Positions 1 through 14,431 are shown, counted from the stretch's first letter. The stretch: DNA of 64,000 nucleotides from the human T2T-CHM13v2.0 reference genome, Homo sapiens (GCF_009914755.1 NC_060938.1), one strand, 5' to 3'. Translations and numbers: made by a program. Notes: generated by a model from the letters alone, not told the origin.

Positions 1-744
1 GGAATGTGTCTTTTTTCCAGCTGCAACTCATTGCTGACTCCAAAATAAGTGAAAGTTCAATACATGGAAGTTTCTGGGGTGAGGGGACAGCAAATGCAAA
101 GGTAGAGAGGGGCAAACACGCACCGTTATGTTTAGGGAACAGCACAGGGCAAGCAGGAAATACTTCTTGGTTTATGTAGGAAACTGCCACTGAGTTACTA
201 TGGGACCAAGTTGGGGAATGCCTGCAATTATAAATATTTTGTTAGGCATTTTAGCACAGGTTAATGTAACAGTTTTTTAAAATAGCACACCCCAGTTCTG
301 CATTCAAGTTCACCCTGACATATAATTTCTACTCTTCTGCCCTGCCCCACAAGCTACTAATTTTGCTTTCTTTGGCTGTGGAAAAAGGAATCTTCCTTTT
401 GTCTGAGCCGTTTGGTTCCAGGTAGGGTTTGCCCTTTCTCAAGGCTTCTCCCAATTCAGCAATTCTCATTATTTTGGTCACAGAATTGCCCATGAAGGCA
501 AAGATTTTTGTATTTTTAAAACTCATGGTTATTCCCAGTACTTAGAGCCTGGTGTATATACTGGTGTAGATATAATTCAGTAAATTTAAGCACCTATGAT
601 GTACTGTGGAGGGTCTGGTGATGATTAGGATTGCTCCCCACCTTTAAAGAGCTTACACACACAAGTGGGAGACTGTAATCAAACCCCAAATCAAGGCAAA
701 ATGAAACCAGTGCAATTATTGAGAAACATATTGCTTTTGTGTTT

Positions 745-1959
745 TTTAATAAAAAATATTTCAACTTTTCATTTAGAAACAGTGGGTAAATGTGCAAGTT
801 TGTTACAAGGGTATATTGTGTGATGCTGAGGTTTGAGGTACAGATCCCATCACCCAGGTAGTGAGCATAGTACCCAATAGGTAGTTTTTCAACCTATCCT
901 TCTGCCCTCCTCACCCACAGTGTTCCAGTCTGCAGTGTCTGTTGTTCCCACCTTTGCATCCTGAGGTACTCAATATTTAGCTCCCATTTGTTAGAACATG
1001 CAGTACTTGGTTTTCTGTTCTTAATTTGCTTAGATTATGGCTTCCAGCTGCATCCATGTGGCTGGCTGCAAAGGACATGATTTTGTTCTTTTTATGGCTG
1101 CCTAATACTCCATGATTTATATGTACCACATTTTCTTTATCCAGTCCACTGTTGATGGGCAGCCACGTTGATCTGTCTTTGCTACTGTGAATAGCACTGT
1201 GATGACCATATGTGTTTTTGGTAGAAGGATTTATTTCCTTTTGGGAAATAAACCCATATGCTGGGTTGAATGGTAGATCTGTTTTAAGTTATTTGAGAAA
1301 TCTCCAAACTGCTTTCCACAGTGACTGAACTAATTTACATTCCCACAACAGTGTATAAATGTTCTCTTTTCTCTGAAACCTTACTGGCATGTTATTAGAC
1401 TTCTTTACAATAGCCATTCTAACTGGTGTGAGATGGTATCTTATTGTGGTTTTGATTTGCATTTCTCTGATGATTAGTGATGAGCATTTTTTCACGTTTG
1501 TTGATTGCTTGTATGTCTTCTTTTGAGAAGTGTCTGTTCATGTCCTTCACCCATTTTTTAATGGGGTTGTTTTTTGCTTGTTAAGTTCCTTATTGATTCT
1601 GGATGTCAGATCTTTGTTGGATGTCTAGTTTGCAAATATTTTCTCCAATTCTGTATGTTGTCTGTTTACTCTGTTGATAGTGTCTTTTGCTGTGCAGAGT
1701 GCTTTAATTAGGTCCCCACTTGCCAATTTCTGTTTTGTTGCAATTGCCTTTGGGGACTTAGCCAAAAGTTCTTTGCCAAGGCTGATGTTGATAAGGGTAT
1801 TTCCTAGGTTTTCTTCTAGGATTTTTACAGTTTGAGGTCTTACATTTAAATCTTTAATCCATCTTGAGTTAATTTTCATATACGGTGAAAGGTGGGGGGT
1901 CCAGTTTCATTCTTCTGCATAGGGCTAGCCAGTTATCCCAACACCATTTATTGAATACG
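745..1959 (-). mobile_element. Old L1PA (about L1PA13-16-like) 3' segment, antisense on + strand
   Basis: L1 3'UTR and ORF2 C-terminal remnants (ORFs 1289..1495 and 1625..1879). A-rich tail near 735-750. Confidence 0.88.
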
Positions 1960-2917
1960 GATAAAATCCAACATCCCTCATGATAAAACCCCTCAACAGA
2001 CTAGGTATCAAAGGAACATATCTCAAAATAATAAGAGCCATCTACAACCAACCCACAGACATCATACTGGATGAGCAAAAGCTGGAACTATTCCTTCTGA
2101 GAACTGGAATAAGAAGAGGATGCCCAGTCTCATCGCTCCCATTCAACTTAGAGCAATCAGGCAAGAGAAATAAATAAAAGGCATCCAACTGGGAAAAGAA
2201 ATCAAACTAGCTCTCTTCGCTGATATGATTTTATACCTAGAAAACCCCGAAGACTCTGCCAAAAGCTCCTAGACTGATAAACAACTTTAGTCAAGTTTCA
2301 GGATACAAAATCAATGCACAAAAATTAGGAGCATTTCTATACACCAATAACGTTCAAGCTGAGAGCAAATCAAGAACCCAATACCATTTACAATAGCCAT
2401 AAAAAAACTGAAATACTTAAAAATACACCTAACCAAGGAGGTGAAAGATCTCTACAAGGAGAACTACAAAACATGGCAGAAAGAAATCAGGGATGAATCC
2501 AAAAAATGGAAAAACATTCCATGTTCATGGATTGGAAGAATCAATATAGTTTAAAAATGGCCATACTGCCCAAAGCAATTTACAGAATCAATGCTGTCCT
2601 ATCAAACTACCAACCTCATTTTTCACAGAGGTTGGAACATTTTCACAGAATTAGAAAACAACTATTCTAAAATTCAGATGGAACCAAAGAAAGAGCCTGA
2701 ATAGCCAAAGCAACCCAAAGCAGAAAGAACAAAGCCAGCAGCATCACACAGATGTGGCTTCAAACTATAAGACCACAGTAACCAAAACAGCACGGCACTG
2801 GTACAATAACAGACACGTAGACCAATGGAACACAATAGAGAACACAGAAATAAAGCTGCACACCTACAGCCAATAGATCTTCAGCAAAGCTGATACAAGC
2901 AAGCAATGGGGAAAGGA
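1960..2917 (+). mobile_element. Inverted 5' segment of the same L1 (ORF2 RT region)
   Basis: ORF 1980..2177 ([11 protein letters not shown]...GCP) is L1 RT. Ends at ...GGGGAAAGGA, which directly precedes the start of the minus segment in L1 consensus order. Confidence 0.88.
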
Positions 2918-5900
2918 ACACGTTGTTAATGGGGGCTCACAAGCAGTAATTAACTTCAACCAGGGGATCACAAGACATTATCTTCAAAGACAACTTCATT
3001 AGGAATGTGGAGGTAATTTTTTGTCAAATGATTATTAATTTGAACTCTTTTGGATCCAAGAGACAGAGACCCACCTCAGAATAGTGTAAGCAAATAAAAG
3101 TACAACTGATCTGGAGGTGATACTTGCTTCAGTTCTCCAGGAACTCTTGGCTCATTTCTTGTGTATGCTTCCTTTTCATGGCAGATGCACATAATCCATG
3201 TCACAGGAAAGGGTGGAGTTTTGCCATGGATGGCTCCATCCTCATATCACCCCATGTGCCACTGGATTGTGTTTAACAGCCATAGAAGGCTACCTGCATT
3301 TCAGGGCCAGCAAATAAAATCCTATGGAAGGCTTCTGCCCTATCTAGTTAGGGTTCTGTGCCTATTTCTTGTCTAATCATTGTGGCTTATGGGGTGGGAA
3401 ATAAGGTCTGACCTGAGTCATGTACTCATCTCTTGACCATGGTACAGACAGTGCTGATTGAGCTGCTGGTGCTTACAGGGACTCACACAAAGCAGAAAAT
3501 AATTTTAACAAGGAGCAGGAAAGGATTCAAGACATGGAATTGGCTAGGAGAGGATCCAAAAGGAGGGGAAACAGGATGCTGGGCAGACAAAAACAGGTAG
3601 CCAGTACAATAACTAAAATGCAAGCATTTAAAGGCAAATGGAATGTAGTTTGCTGTAACAAAAATATAGTTTGATTGTTGAAGGTAGGCAGTGGAGAAGC
3701 AGGCAGGAGAGTCAGGTTGGGCAGGCTGTGGGGAGCCTTGAGTGACAGATGGCATCATCAAAGGGCTTTGGTTGTCATCAGACCTATGTGTCCCTATCCC
3801 CTTTCTCAGAAACAATGCCTCTGAAATGTCTAAGCTGTCAGACTGTCATGACCATGCACCAATCTCTTTCCTTTCACACATTTACCTTTTCTTTCCCCTC
3901 ACAGTCCATACGTACACTGTCCCATCTCAATTCTACATGTAGTCCTTATAGCCTGGCCACGTATTTCTCATCTAAGGTCAGCACCACCTCACGGAATTGC
4001 ACTGAAATTCCTAGACTGTTAAAAAAACAAACACCTAAAACTCGACTTTTAAAGTCACTTTGGTAGCAAAGGTGGGGGAATGGGAAGGTGAGTGGAAAGG
4101 TAGTAGGAGTAGGTTTCTATCTGGCACGGGTTCTTGGAGTTAGCCTGAAGACCTCAGAGCTATGGTCACTGACTGAACCCTGGACTGAGAAATTGTGAAT
4201 GAACCATAATCAGAATATGCCTGTCTTTTCTAATATATAAGTGTACTTTATCCTCTGATGTTCTAGAGGGAGTTGTGGCCACTAGCCTTCCTAGTAGAAC
4301 GGAATGTGGCAGCCACAGCTGATGCATAGGGAGATCTTTCAATTTTCATAAACTTTTTGGAAGAGTTACCACAAACTGTATGATGAGGATTATTTTCTCC
4401 AGAATGCTTAGAACAGCCTAGTCTGAGGTTGCTCACTGTAGGGCACAACTACTTGTTTCGGGTGAGCAAGATAACAAACGGATCAATTCAGCTAGAGAAA
4501 CACAGTATAATGCAGGAGAAAACATTTACCTCTCACTTCTTTGAAATTATTAAATGTGCATGCACCAGTTCCAGCTGAGAAAATCAGAACTGGACAATGC
4601 CAGAATAAAAGTTTAAAGTTTCTGTCATCCAAACTGATCACTGCAGAGAGAAAACAGAAATAATGCATGCTTCAGTAAAACTGAAGATTCTGAGAAAACT
4701 AACCTGCTTTGGCTATTGAAAATAAGAGGTAACAAAGGAAAAGAAAAAGCCTGCCTTCAAAGAGTTGTGATTGCAGTCATTGACAACATTTAGTAGTGTT
4801 AGAGAGAGTGAACATAAGAAGTCATAGGAGCTGAAAGAAAGGAAACAAGGGTCTCAGGAGAGTTATGGTGCCAGCTGCTTCTGAGAAATGTGCCTATGAG
4901 CAAAAATTCTCCATCTTCTTACTGGCAAAGTTGGGATTATGGCAGCCTTAGAACCAGAAAATGGTTATAATTTTTTGTCATGAAGCTCAAAGGGAAACAA
5001 AAAGTTTGAGAGATCAAGCAGGGACCGCAGTGGGTGTGGGTACAGTCAAGGGAAGGTATGAGTGACGCTCCTAGATATTCAATGTCTTCCAGGAGAAAGC
5101 AGTAAAGGTCAAGTGTTAACATACTTGTTTTTCATCTTACTCCAACAGAAGACCAGATGTAATCTTCCTAAAGAATATTCCCCAACATATCCTGACAACT
5201 GTTGGGTGGGGAGGAAGCAAGTTGTACCATGTTACATATAAATGAAAAACCATAAGGTAGCAGACAATACTAAGCACGCACCCGCCCTTATACAAACACA
5301 AAGGCAGAGGAAAAGTTCACCCTAACAATCTGCCAATGGACTATTTTTGGGGAATGCACATACATACACACACACACCAAAAAACAAAACAAAACACAAT
5401 AGTAAAAACTCTTCTCATAGTCTCCAAAAAGGATAGTACTTAAATTTTAAATTTCTGAGTTAACCTATGTTGGAACAGTTTTGGAGGTGACCTATTTGTC
5501 ATGAATTGATAAAAGGCCCACATAAACACTATGGAAAGGAATGTTAAACATTAGTTAACACTGTGCAACTTGTTTCCTTAAGTTTGCATTTGTCACCAGA
5601 ATAGAAAACTAACAAAATATTTCCTGGATATCTTATTTTTTTCTTGATTTTCTTTTTGTTGTTTTGTATTTCTTCTTCTTTTTCCTGGGTATTTTGAATC
5701 TGAGGCATAAACGGAAGTCTGTCCAGACCTGATAGGGTACTCTTATGAGAGTCTGGAAGAAAGAAGGGACCAACTGCTAACTCAAGCCTACGGCCATGTG
5801 TCAGATTAAAGCTTGCTGATGCTTTAATCTGAGCTTAAAGCATCAGATTACAGAGGTGTATGTGTGGAGGGGAGGTTGGGGGACAAAAACAAAGAGAGGC

Positions 5901-7366
5901 AGTTTCTGCCCTTTAGGAGTAGTTTCCTATCGATTAGGGGAAACAGTCTGGTATAAGACATGGTTGGGAATCAGGGGACTAGGTTCTAATTCTGACTGTC
6001 ATTCATTGGCCATGTGATTGTATAGGGTGGAATCGGTCACTTACAAAATGAAGGAATCACATGAGGAGGTGAAACTGTAAAACGAAGGAATTAAATGTGA
6101 TAGCATTTCTCTAGGTAAATGCCAAATTAAAAAATATGGTTAAATAAATTTGGAGGCCCCCACGCAGCACCAGATAGATTCACAGAGCATTTAGTGTAGC
6201 AAAGGCTCTCAAAGCCCTGCTGTAAGGGAGATTTTTGAATTTGTCAATTCCTAAACTTAGTTTCTGACATGACACCTGTTAATATTTGCAGAATATTATT
6301 GAGAAAAGAATGGTCTCTATGCCCCTTCCAGCTTTAAAATTCCATCATTAATATTTTTTTACTTTACCACTTCCCTCAGTTGTCACTGTATTTAGTTTTT
6401 CATGGAGTTTGCTGCCTTTCACTTCACTTTTCATGACCTTTACTGCTATTTAAATGCTGACATGATACTGTAACAGGGTTGGATTAAATGATCTCTAAAA
6501 ATCTGTACAGACCCGGAAATTTTACAGTTCTTTGAAAACTATCACAAGCATCTACTGAAGACTGAAAGAGAAAGCATATAACCCAGGCTGTCACCAACTT
6601 AGCACTAACATTTACTAAATGAGACCTTTGAGATTCTTATGTTTTAAGTTCAGCCAGAGTACCATCAGATTCCTGGCAGAGGCTTGAGGCACAGGAATGA
6701 CAGCGGAATACAGATAAGGGATAGAAAACTTTAGAATAGCTACAGAGGTCAACTAACCCAAACATAGTTTAGCAAAACTTAGTTTCTTTTTCTAGTATAT
6801 GATTGCTACGTTCTTTTTTGCTCTGCCTTGATCTTTAATATTTTACGTGTTTTTAGAAGAGCAATTTTAATACATACACTCAAATTAGTTTTCTCGATTG
6901 TCCACATGCCTTACTCATTAATTAGCTGAGAAGATAGAAATACCAATCTAATGGATCAAAAAGAAATTTGTCTTCTACTACAGACTTTACAGGAAAATCT
7001 TTTGGCTTGATCTGACTCCACTGGAAGGGGCTCATGTACTATCACTGGAATGAACAGAGGCACTAGCTGTGATACGGTACTGACAATTTCTTTTCCTTTT
7101 GTCTACTGTCTAGGTGATGCAAAGCTGGAATATGGTGTGTTAAATTTTCTGCAGACTAGGATGCTTCAGCTCCCAATGAGAAAACAGAGAAAAAAGAGAC
7201 TAAGGATGAATGTTTACATGTCTGAGGCCTTTAGCGTGAGTATTCAGCATGAAGCATGTTCAGTGTGAGTACTTCAAAAGATAACAGATGCCGTTTAACA
7301 GAAAGAAGTAAAACGTAAGATTCCTAAGGCTTGCTTCACATACAAAAGAGCAGTTATTAGAACATC

Positions 7367-7368
<2 letters not shown>

Positions 7369-7402
<34 letters not shown>
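7369..7402. repeat. (GT)17 microsatellite
   Basis: Direct count of GT units. Confidence 0.95.
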
Positions 7403-7406
<4 letters not shown>

Positions 7407-7411
7407 ACATA

Positions 7412-7707
7412 CTTTTTTTTTTTGGATACAGTGTCCAGCTCTGTCACCCAAGGTGGAGTGCAGTGGTGCAATCTTGGCTCACTGAAGCCTTGACCTCCCG
7501 GAATCATGCAGTCCTACCGACCTCAGCCTCCTGAGTAGCTGGGACCACAGGCGTCTGCCAACACACCCAGCTAATCTTTGCATTTTTTGTAGAGTCTGGG
7601 TTTCACCATGTTGTCCAGGTTGGTTTTCAACTCTTGGGCTCAAGTAATCTTCCCTGCTTGGCCTCCCAAAGTGCTGGGATTACAGGCATGAGCTGCCACA
7701 CCTGGCC
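7412..7707 (-). mobile_element. AluJ-like SINE
   Basis: Reverse-complement dimeric Alu with T-run tail, diverged. Confidence 0.9.
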
Positions 7708-9199
7708 AAAATCCAGTATATTTTTAAATTATGTCCTAAAACACAGAAACACTGGATTATAAACAAGATTACTGTTGAAAAGAAAGTATGAACTAACATA
7801 AGGCCTTAGCAAGACTAATTTTAAAGTAAAAATAAAGCAAGATTTAATCTAAGTCTTATTCTAACGGTTAATAATTCTTGGGAAGCTAACTAAAGTTCAG
7901 TGATCTAATCAGTACTTGGGAGAATCATCATAGCATGTACACAAAATAGAGAATAAAATTTTAATGGTATCAAAAACAAAACTTTTTTTGGCCGACTTAG
8001 TACTTGCTGGAATAAAGTTGCAAAATGTTACTCAGTAACTGACTTAGCTTCTAATCAAGCCAGAATGACACACAGTCTGTATATTAATTAAGTATATACA
8101 AATACATCCAATGTTAACATGCACAGACATAGAAACAAGGATACTACAAAACCGAAATCACCATCTCTACTGATGAAAAATGAACTGAAAACAAAACATC
8201 CATCCAGTAGTCCAGAATATCTTATTTTTGAAAAGGTTTTGAATATTGCTCTTTCCAAGAATTCAAATAAACTCCAAATGGTTAAATTTGACTGTTTTCT
8301 CAACATGAAAAAAAGGAAGCAGACATATTCCTATGGCTATAGGAACATACCTTTTACTCAGTGATATCAAATTAAAAGGTCTGACATAATTTCACTCTTC
8401 TCAGGTAAAAAGGGCTCTTCATATTCTAGTGGTTAAGAATAAATCCCTTCAAGTTCTTATGCATTTGAGTGTCATACCACCTACAGCAACATACGCTCAA
8501 GTACCTTTAACGATACAGTCATATAGCATGAGTTTAATTTTCCTGAGAACTAAATTAGACCTACAAAATAAACAGGCTATGAAAATGACCTGAGTTCATA
8601 GGAATCTCTAAGTTAGAGATAATTTAGCTTTGCTAAGATTTCATCAAAAGCCTTTTATAGCAAGGGTTTCTTAGTGAGTCACACACTTGGTCATGGAGCC
8701 TTGGAATTTTTTTTAAACATTAAAAAGAAGTGCTTTATGTTGTTGTGCAAATTCAGCAAAAGGCCAAAACAGCCAACAGTACTGAAGCACTAAGTAAAAC
8801 CTACAAGTAAGCCACAGATTCTACTATCTTATGAAGAAAGGAGGAGGTGAGAGATACAGCTGACCAACTTTGCTCCCAGTTTGACAATGATTATTGGGAA
8901 GCTAAGCAATTCCTTGCAAGTTAAGAAAAGACAGCACCTTAAGTGGAACCTAGTGGAAACCACTCAGAAGTGAGGGTTGTGTGCAACAGGGATGGCTACT
9001 GATCCCCTCTAGGTAACTCCTCTTTTGTGTGAGAATCCAAGAACATAGAAATCAAGCAGGGAAACACCGGCTTCATGGTCATTTCTCTGAATTATGAATT
9101 GCAACTTCTGTTATTATTGTTTGCAAACTACTAAAAGGTCACATGTGAATCAAGTCATTGAACAGCATATAAAAGAATATGGCCTGGCTTCAACCCAAG

Positions 9200-9502
<303 letters not shown>

Positions 9503-9978
9503 TCAATCCAAGCTTTTCTGATTTCTGATGTAATCTAATTCATGGCACTTTAAATGTTTTGGTGCCTTGGTGTATTAACATGTAACATGAGAACAAGATT
9601 TATTTACTTACCTCAAGAAGCTAGTACATGGGTTATTGAATGCACTCTTAAACTTTGAGCCCCTCAGATGAAAAGCACTGTGGAAACAATTACAGCTGAA
9701 GAAAACCCTTCCAATGCCTCAGAATCCTGACTTACTGTGCCTTGTGTCTCAATGGCACATTGAGAAACAATGTGCACTAGTTAGTGGCATCACATCCCTT
9801 CATATATGTTGTTTGGCACACAAATGTTTATACATTTAAAATAGCTGTCATACTACCTATTCAAAAGCATTTACTAGTTTTCTAATAAAGCTAATGAAAT
9901 GTACCCATTATGGAGTACTCCGTGTCAAGTTTAGAGAAACTTTAGCTTTCTCTGAAGTACATGTAACATAATAAAAAG

Positions 9979-9984
9979 TTTATT
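9979..9984 (-). promoter_or_regulatory. Candidate proximal polyadenylation signal AATAAA
   Basis: tttatt on + strand about 760 nt past the stop, followed on the minus strand by U-rich sequence. Confidence 0.4.
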
Positions 9985-10742
9985 TAAAAAATTGAACTAG
10001 TGTTGTATGAAGCCATAAGTTTTTAATGAAAAAAAATGTATGCCACAGTGTCTATATATTCATCTGAAGAGTACAAAGATGGAGTTCTGAGAAAAAAGGG
10101 TTTATCACTATAGAAAATAAATCTGGTTCTTAAATTATGTTCAAAGCAAACATTAAAACAGTAATGTCTCATACACTGAAATAAAGCAATTAGAGGTAAT
10201 AAATTATAAATACAGTAGTTCAAATATTGTTTTAAGCATTAGTTTTTCTAAACAAGTTAAATTCAAAACATTTTAAATCTGTTATATTTTTTCAAAGGGA
10301 TGTACAAATGAAAGCCTTCATAGAAATCTAAAACGATACCACCTTGTGATCTTCATATAGAATATGCTGAACCTTGACCATTTTTGATTTATAACATACT
10401 TTGGTTAATACATTATGTTCCATATGCCTTTATATTTGGGAGGAATCAGATTGTGATTTGTAGCCTTTACATGCAGTTTACCCAAACCTTCTTCACATCC
10501 AGGTCTTGCTTGATTCTCTGGAGAAGGTTTTGTCAGACTCATAATTAAAATGATGCAAACTGTAAATGACTTCTTCAGAACTGAAAACTTTTTTTTTTAA
10601 ATAAAGTGCTTTTAAATTCAAATATATGTTGCCCTAAAGAAAACTGAAATATACTTTAACCCTGAAATCTCCGTATCTTGACACACACATTTTAACGGAA
10701 AAAAAAAAAATCAGTTTTAGGCCATTCATGTCCTTCAAGAGT

Positions 10743-10924
10743 TCAGATTGGATCTAAATTGGGTTTTGCATCATCATCGTGCTCATGTTTATACATGAAG
10801 GTTAAAAGAAAAAGGGCAACATCCAAGGATGACCAATAGGCAGTATGCGACGTGACAGCTGACCAATAGCGGCTCTCCACAAGGCCTTCTCTGAGTTCAA
10901 AATCAATCCTGTGATCCAACTCCA
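10743..10924 (-). CDS. DDHD1: DDHD1 last coding exon: (V/L)ELDHRIDFELREGLVESRYWSAVTSHTAYWSSLDVALFLLTFMYKHEHDDDAKPNLDPI*
   Basis: ORF 10743..10925. RID and SHxxYWxSxD DDHD motifs. Acceptor tcttttctttttag. TGA at 10743-10745. Confidence 0.97.
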
Positions 10925-12283
10925 CTAAAAAGAAAAGAAGTTAAACAAATGAATACAGATTATAATAAAATATGTTCTATATAGACTTACTGGAGTTGAG
11001 AGTAAAAATTTAGCTAAATAGAAGTGATTCTGTCACTTTTTTAAGAAGTGACTTTCCATTATCATCTTAAGAGAAAAACACTCAAAAGAGCCTCAGTAGT
11101 ACAGGATTCTATTTGTAAAGTTCTTTCCTTTGTATGCTAAAGTTAATATAAAATAATAAAGGAAGACAAAAAAAAATCACTTGGCATATCACAGAATATT
11201 TTCAGAGTTAAAAAAATTGCTTTCAAAACTTGGCATTACCATTTAATCCTTGTGCCTAATCTATAAAATAAGGAAAACACCCCTCTTGAAGATTTACGGG
11301 CCAGGCTTGCATGCAATGATGCCCGTGGGAGTGCAAGAGATCATTCAATCTCCTCCTTAGGGAGGCCCTATATATCCACTAGTTGTGTGAGGGATATGTT
11401 AGAAGATAACCATCTGTGTACAATCCTAGAATGTTTTCTTCTCTACTAGGCTGAATGTCTCACAGGCAACCCCCATAAACCCTAGTGTCCATCCAGTCAG
11501 CAGGGTCTAACATGTGCCTGGGACATACAAACGCTCATTAAGTGTTTGTTCAACAAAAGAAGAACATGCAGGGTGGCTGGGAAAGTTAAACAGGGAGGAG
11601 CAGTGGTGATTCTTGGGAGGAAGGACTTTGCTTATAACAGTGCTGTCCACAAACAATTCAGTGAATTCAATCAAGTATTTTCTAAAGCCCACAGAAAGTC
11701 CTTGCGATTACCTGTTAGAGAAAAATCACCTTAACAAATCAAGGCTCTAAAATAATTCCAGTGAGCTCATTTAATAAATTATTAGAGATAAACACTTAAG
11801 AATATGACATTTTGATCCTTAGGAACTCCTTTAAACTGTTAATGAGCCGTACAGTGTTCTGAAGGGTCTATGTTACAAACAAAACAAAAATGCTCAAATC
11901 ACTACCAACCAGACACTGTAAAGTCTGCCCCTGAACATGCACCAAAAGGATTTTAAGAGTAAAACTGGCACAAATTAAGAAGGAGATTGGAGAAAAAGTT
12001 GGGTTTTGCTTTATACTGGGAATTTGGTAATCATACATAGGAAATCATAATACTCTAGGGAAATATTTCATATAAATGCTTAGTTAATGCTTATTTTAAA
12101 TAGGTATTTTGTGACAATACCATTTGGTAATTTAACAATGCTTATACAGTTGTTATTTTTCTATTAAACTATGCTCTTCTTACAAGGTATGTTCATAAAT
12201 CTAGCTACACATTTTCAGAGAAGGTTTACATTTAAGTGGTATAAATACCAATTAGGTTATAAAATACTTGTAAAATACATTGA

Positions 12284-12633
<350 letters not shown>

Positions 12634-14339
12634 TAAATTACAATAAGCTAATCAATAACAAGTCAGAAATAGCTGAAATCCATGTGGACTGGTGAGTTAG
12701 TAAATGTCTTAATCTTTTGTATTCCATGGGACATTTGTATTAGATTTGTAGTACATTCTGACACAGTAGACGGGAAGACAAAAATAGAACAAGAAACTGG
12801 AATGCTCAAGCACAATGAAGATGAGTCAAGATGAATTACAAAGGAAAAAGAAGATGAAAAACAGTTGGAAAATGTGTTAATATTGGTGAAGACCACAAAG
12901 TTATAATTTTTAAGACTTCACTTTCAAATGCCACTTCATAATGTTTTCCTAGTCCAACACTCTTTAGTTACAATTCTGTTTTTTAAGTCAAAGAAAGGAA
13001 GATATTTCCTGTTTATAACATGTGTTATTTGGCTCCACTTTGATTTTATGTTCCTGAAATTATTCTTAATATGCTATTACTGTCTTACAACACTGCCTTT
13101 CATTGAGTAGGCACTCAAATGTTAAATTTCATTCTTGTCCTATATTATGTGCCCTTATCATTTTATCACTTAAAGGGACTTTACTCAGTGTCACTAACCA
13201 GATTGACTCCATCTATCCTTCCATATTTATCTACAGATTGTCTCCATCAAAGTGGGTATTAGGAAGCTAGCTTGTACTTGATGAACCTGTTTCAGTTTCT
13301 CGTCCTCCCTGAAAAGGTTTACCCCAGGCAGTCTGGCTATCAGTGCAGTGGACCTCACATCTATGTTGGTTATGTAGGTGGATGGATGAAACTAGGTGGG
13401 CCTATGTTCCATCTTTTTTCTCTCTTTTAGGTAGATGACAGATTTCCCAAGGGAGTGAGGGTCTACATAGTAGCATCATTCTGTATGTGCTGTGAGATCA
13501 GCTCTTGGCCAAAGTAGGCTCAAATCTACATGGATTAGCCTAGGACCTACTTTCTCATTATTACCATCTCAAGAATGGGTGTTGTCATTCAGGTTGGTAG
13601 TTTTTCCCTGGTTTCTCTAACTGAGCTAGGTCAAAAAAAAAAAAAAAAAAAAAAAAAGAACATAAATCATCACTTCTTTTTCTCTCTGGAATGCCCAAGT
13701 GACAGAATTTCTCTATCCATAAAAAAGAAGAATCAGGTTTCTGAACAGTTGAAGAGAAGTAAAAATGAGAAAAGAAACTGTGTTTTTAAACAATCATCAA
13801 CTCTTTGCTTACACTGTTTTAAAACACGGATTATTTTCTTTCTGGGGTGTCACATACATAGGCATATTTCTTTCCCTCTTCCCCAAAGTAGAGTATCTGC
13901 TACATTCCATGTGGAAGTGCTTGACAATCAAGGAATCTCCATAGTGTGAAGGTCAAGTGTCATCAGTAGCGTGCTTTCATCAGAGAATTCTTTTGTGCAC
14001 AAGGCTTGTCAACAGACATATAATAAGTAATTATAATATATGGTAGAATGTGATGAACCACAAAACAGAGGTACAGTAAAGGACTCTCTCAGTTCTAAGG
14101 AATGAAAGATGGCTTTCACCTGGAGAAATCATAAGAGGCTCTCTGGAAGGAGGAGGATTTGGACATGTAGAGATGAAAAGACATTGCAGGGAGAAGAAAC
14201 AGCATGAGCAAAACTGCAGAGGTGGGAAGCATGGGGTATGAAGAGAAATACAAGTTAGTTTTCTTGAGAAAAACCAGGAACGATTAAAAGGGAGTAGTTC
14301 TGAATTTGCCTAGAAAATTTTGTCAAACCAAATTGTGAA

Positions 14340-14431
14340 GGGTCCAACAAATCTAGCTATTCATTTCTTTGTATGAATGATTTTCATAGGGTCAAACAAA
14401 TCTAGCCATTCATTTCTTTGTATGAATGATT
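14340..14431. repeat. Tandem duplication, 49-bp period
   Basis: gggtc(c/a)aacaaatctagc(t/c)attcatttctttgtatgaatgatt occurs at 14340 and 14389. Confidence 0.9.

Noticed and set aside
3161-4448. Overlapping ORFs of 61-110 aa
   Set aside because: No recognisable homology or splice structure; the region looks like decayed LTR/L2 sequence.
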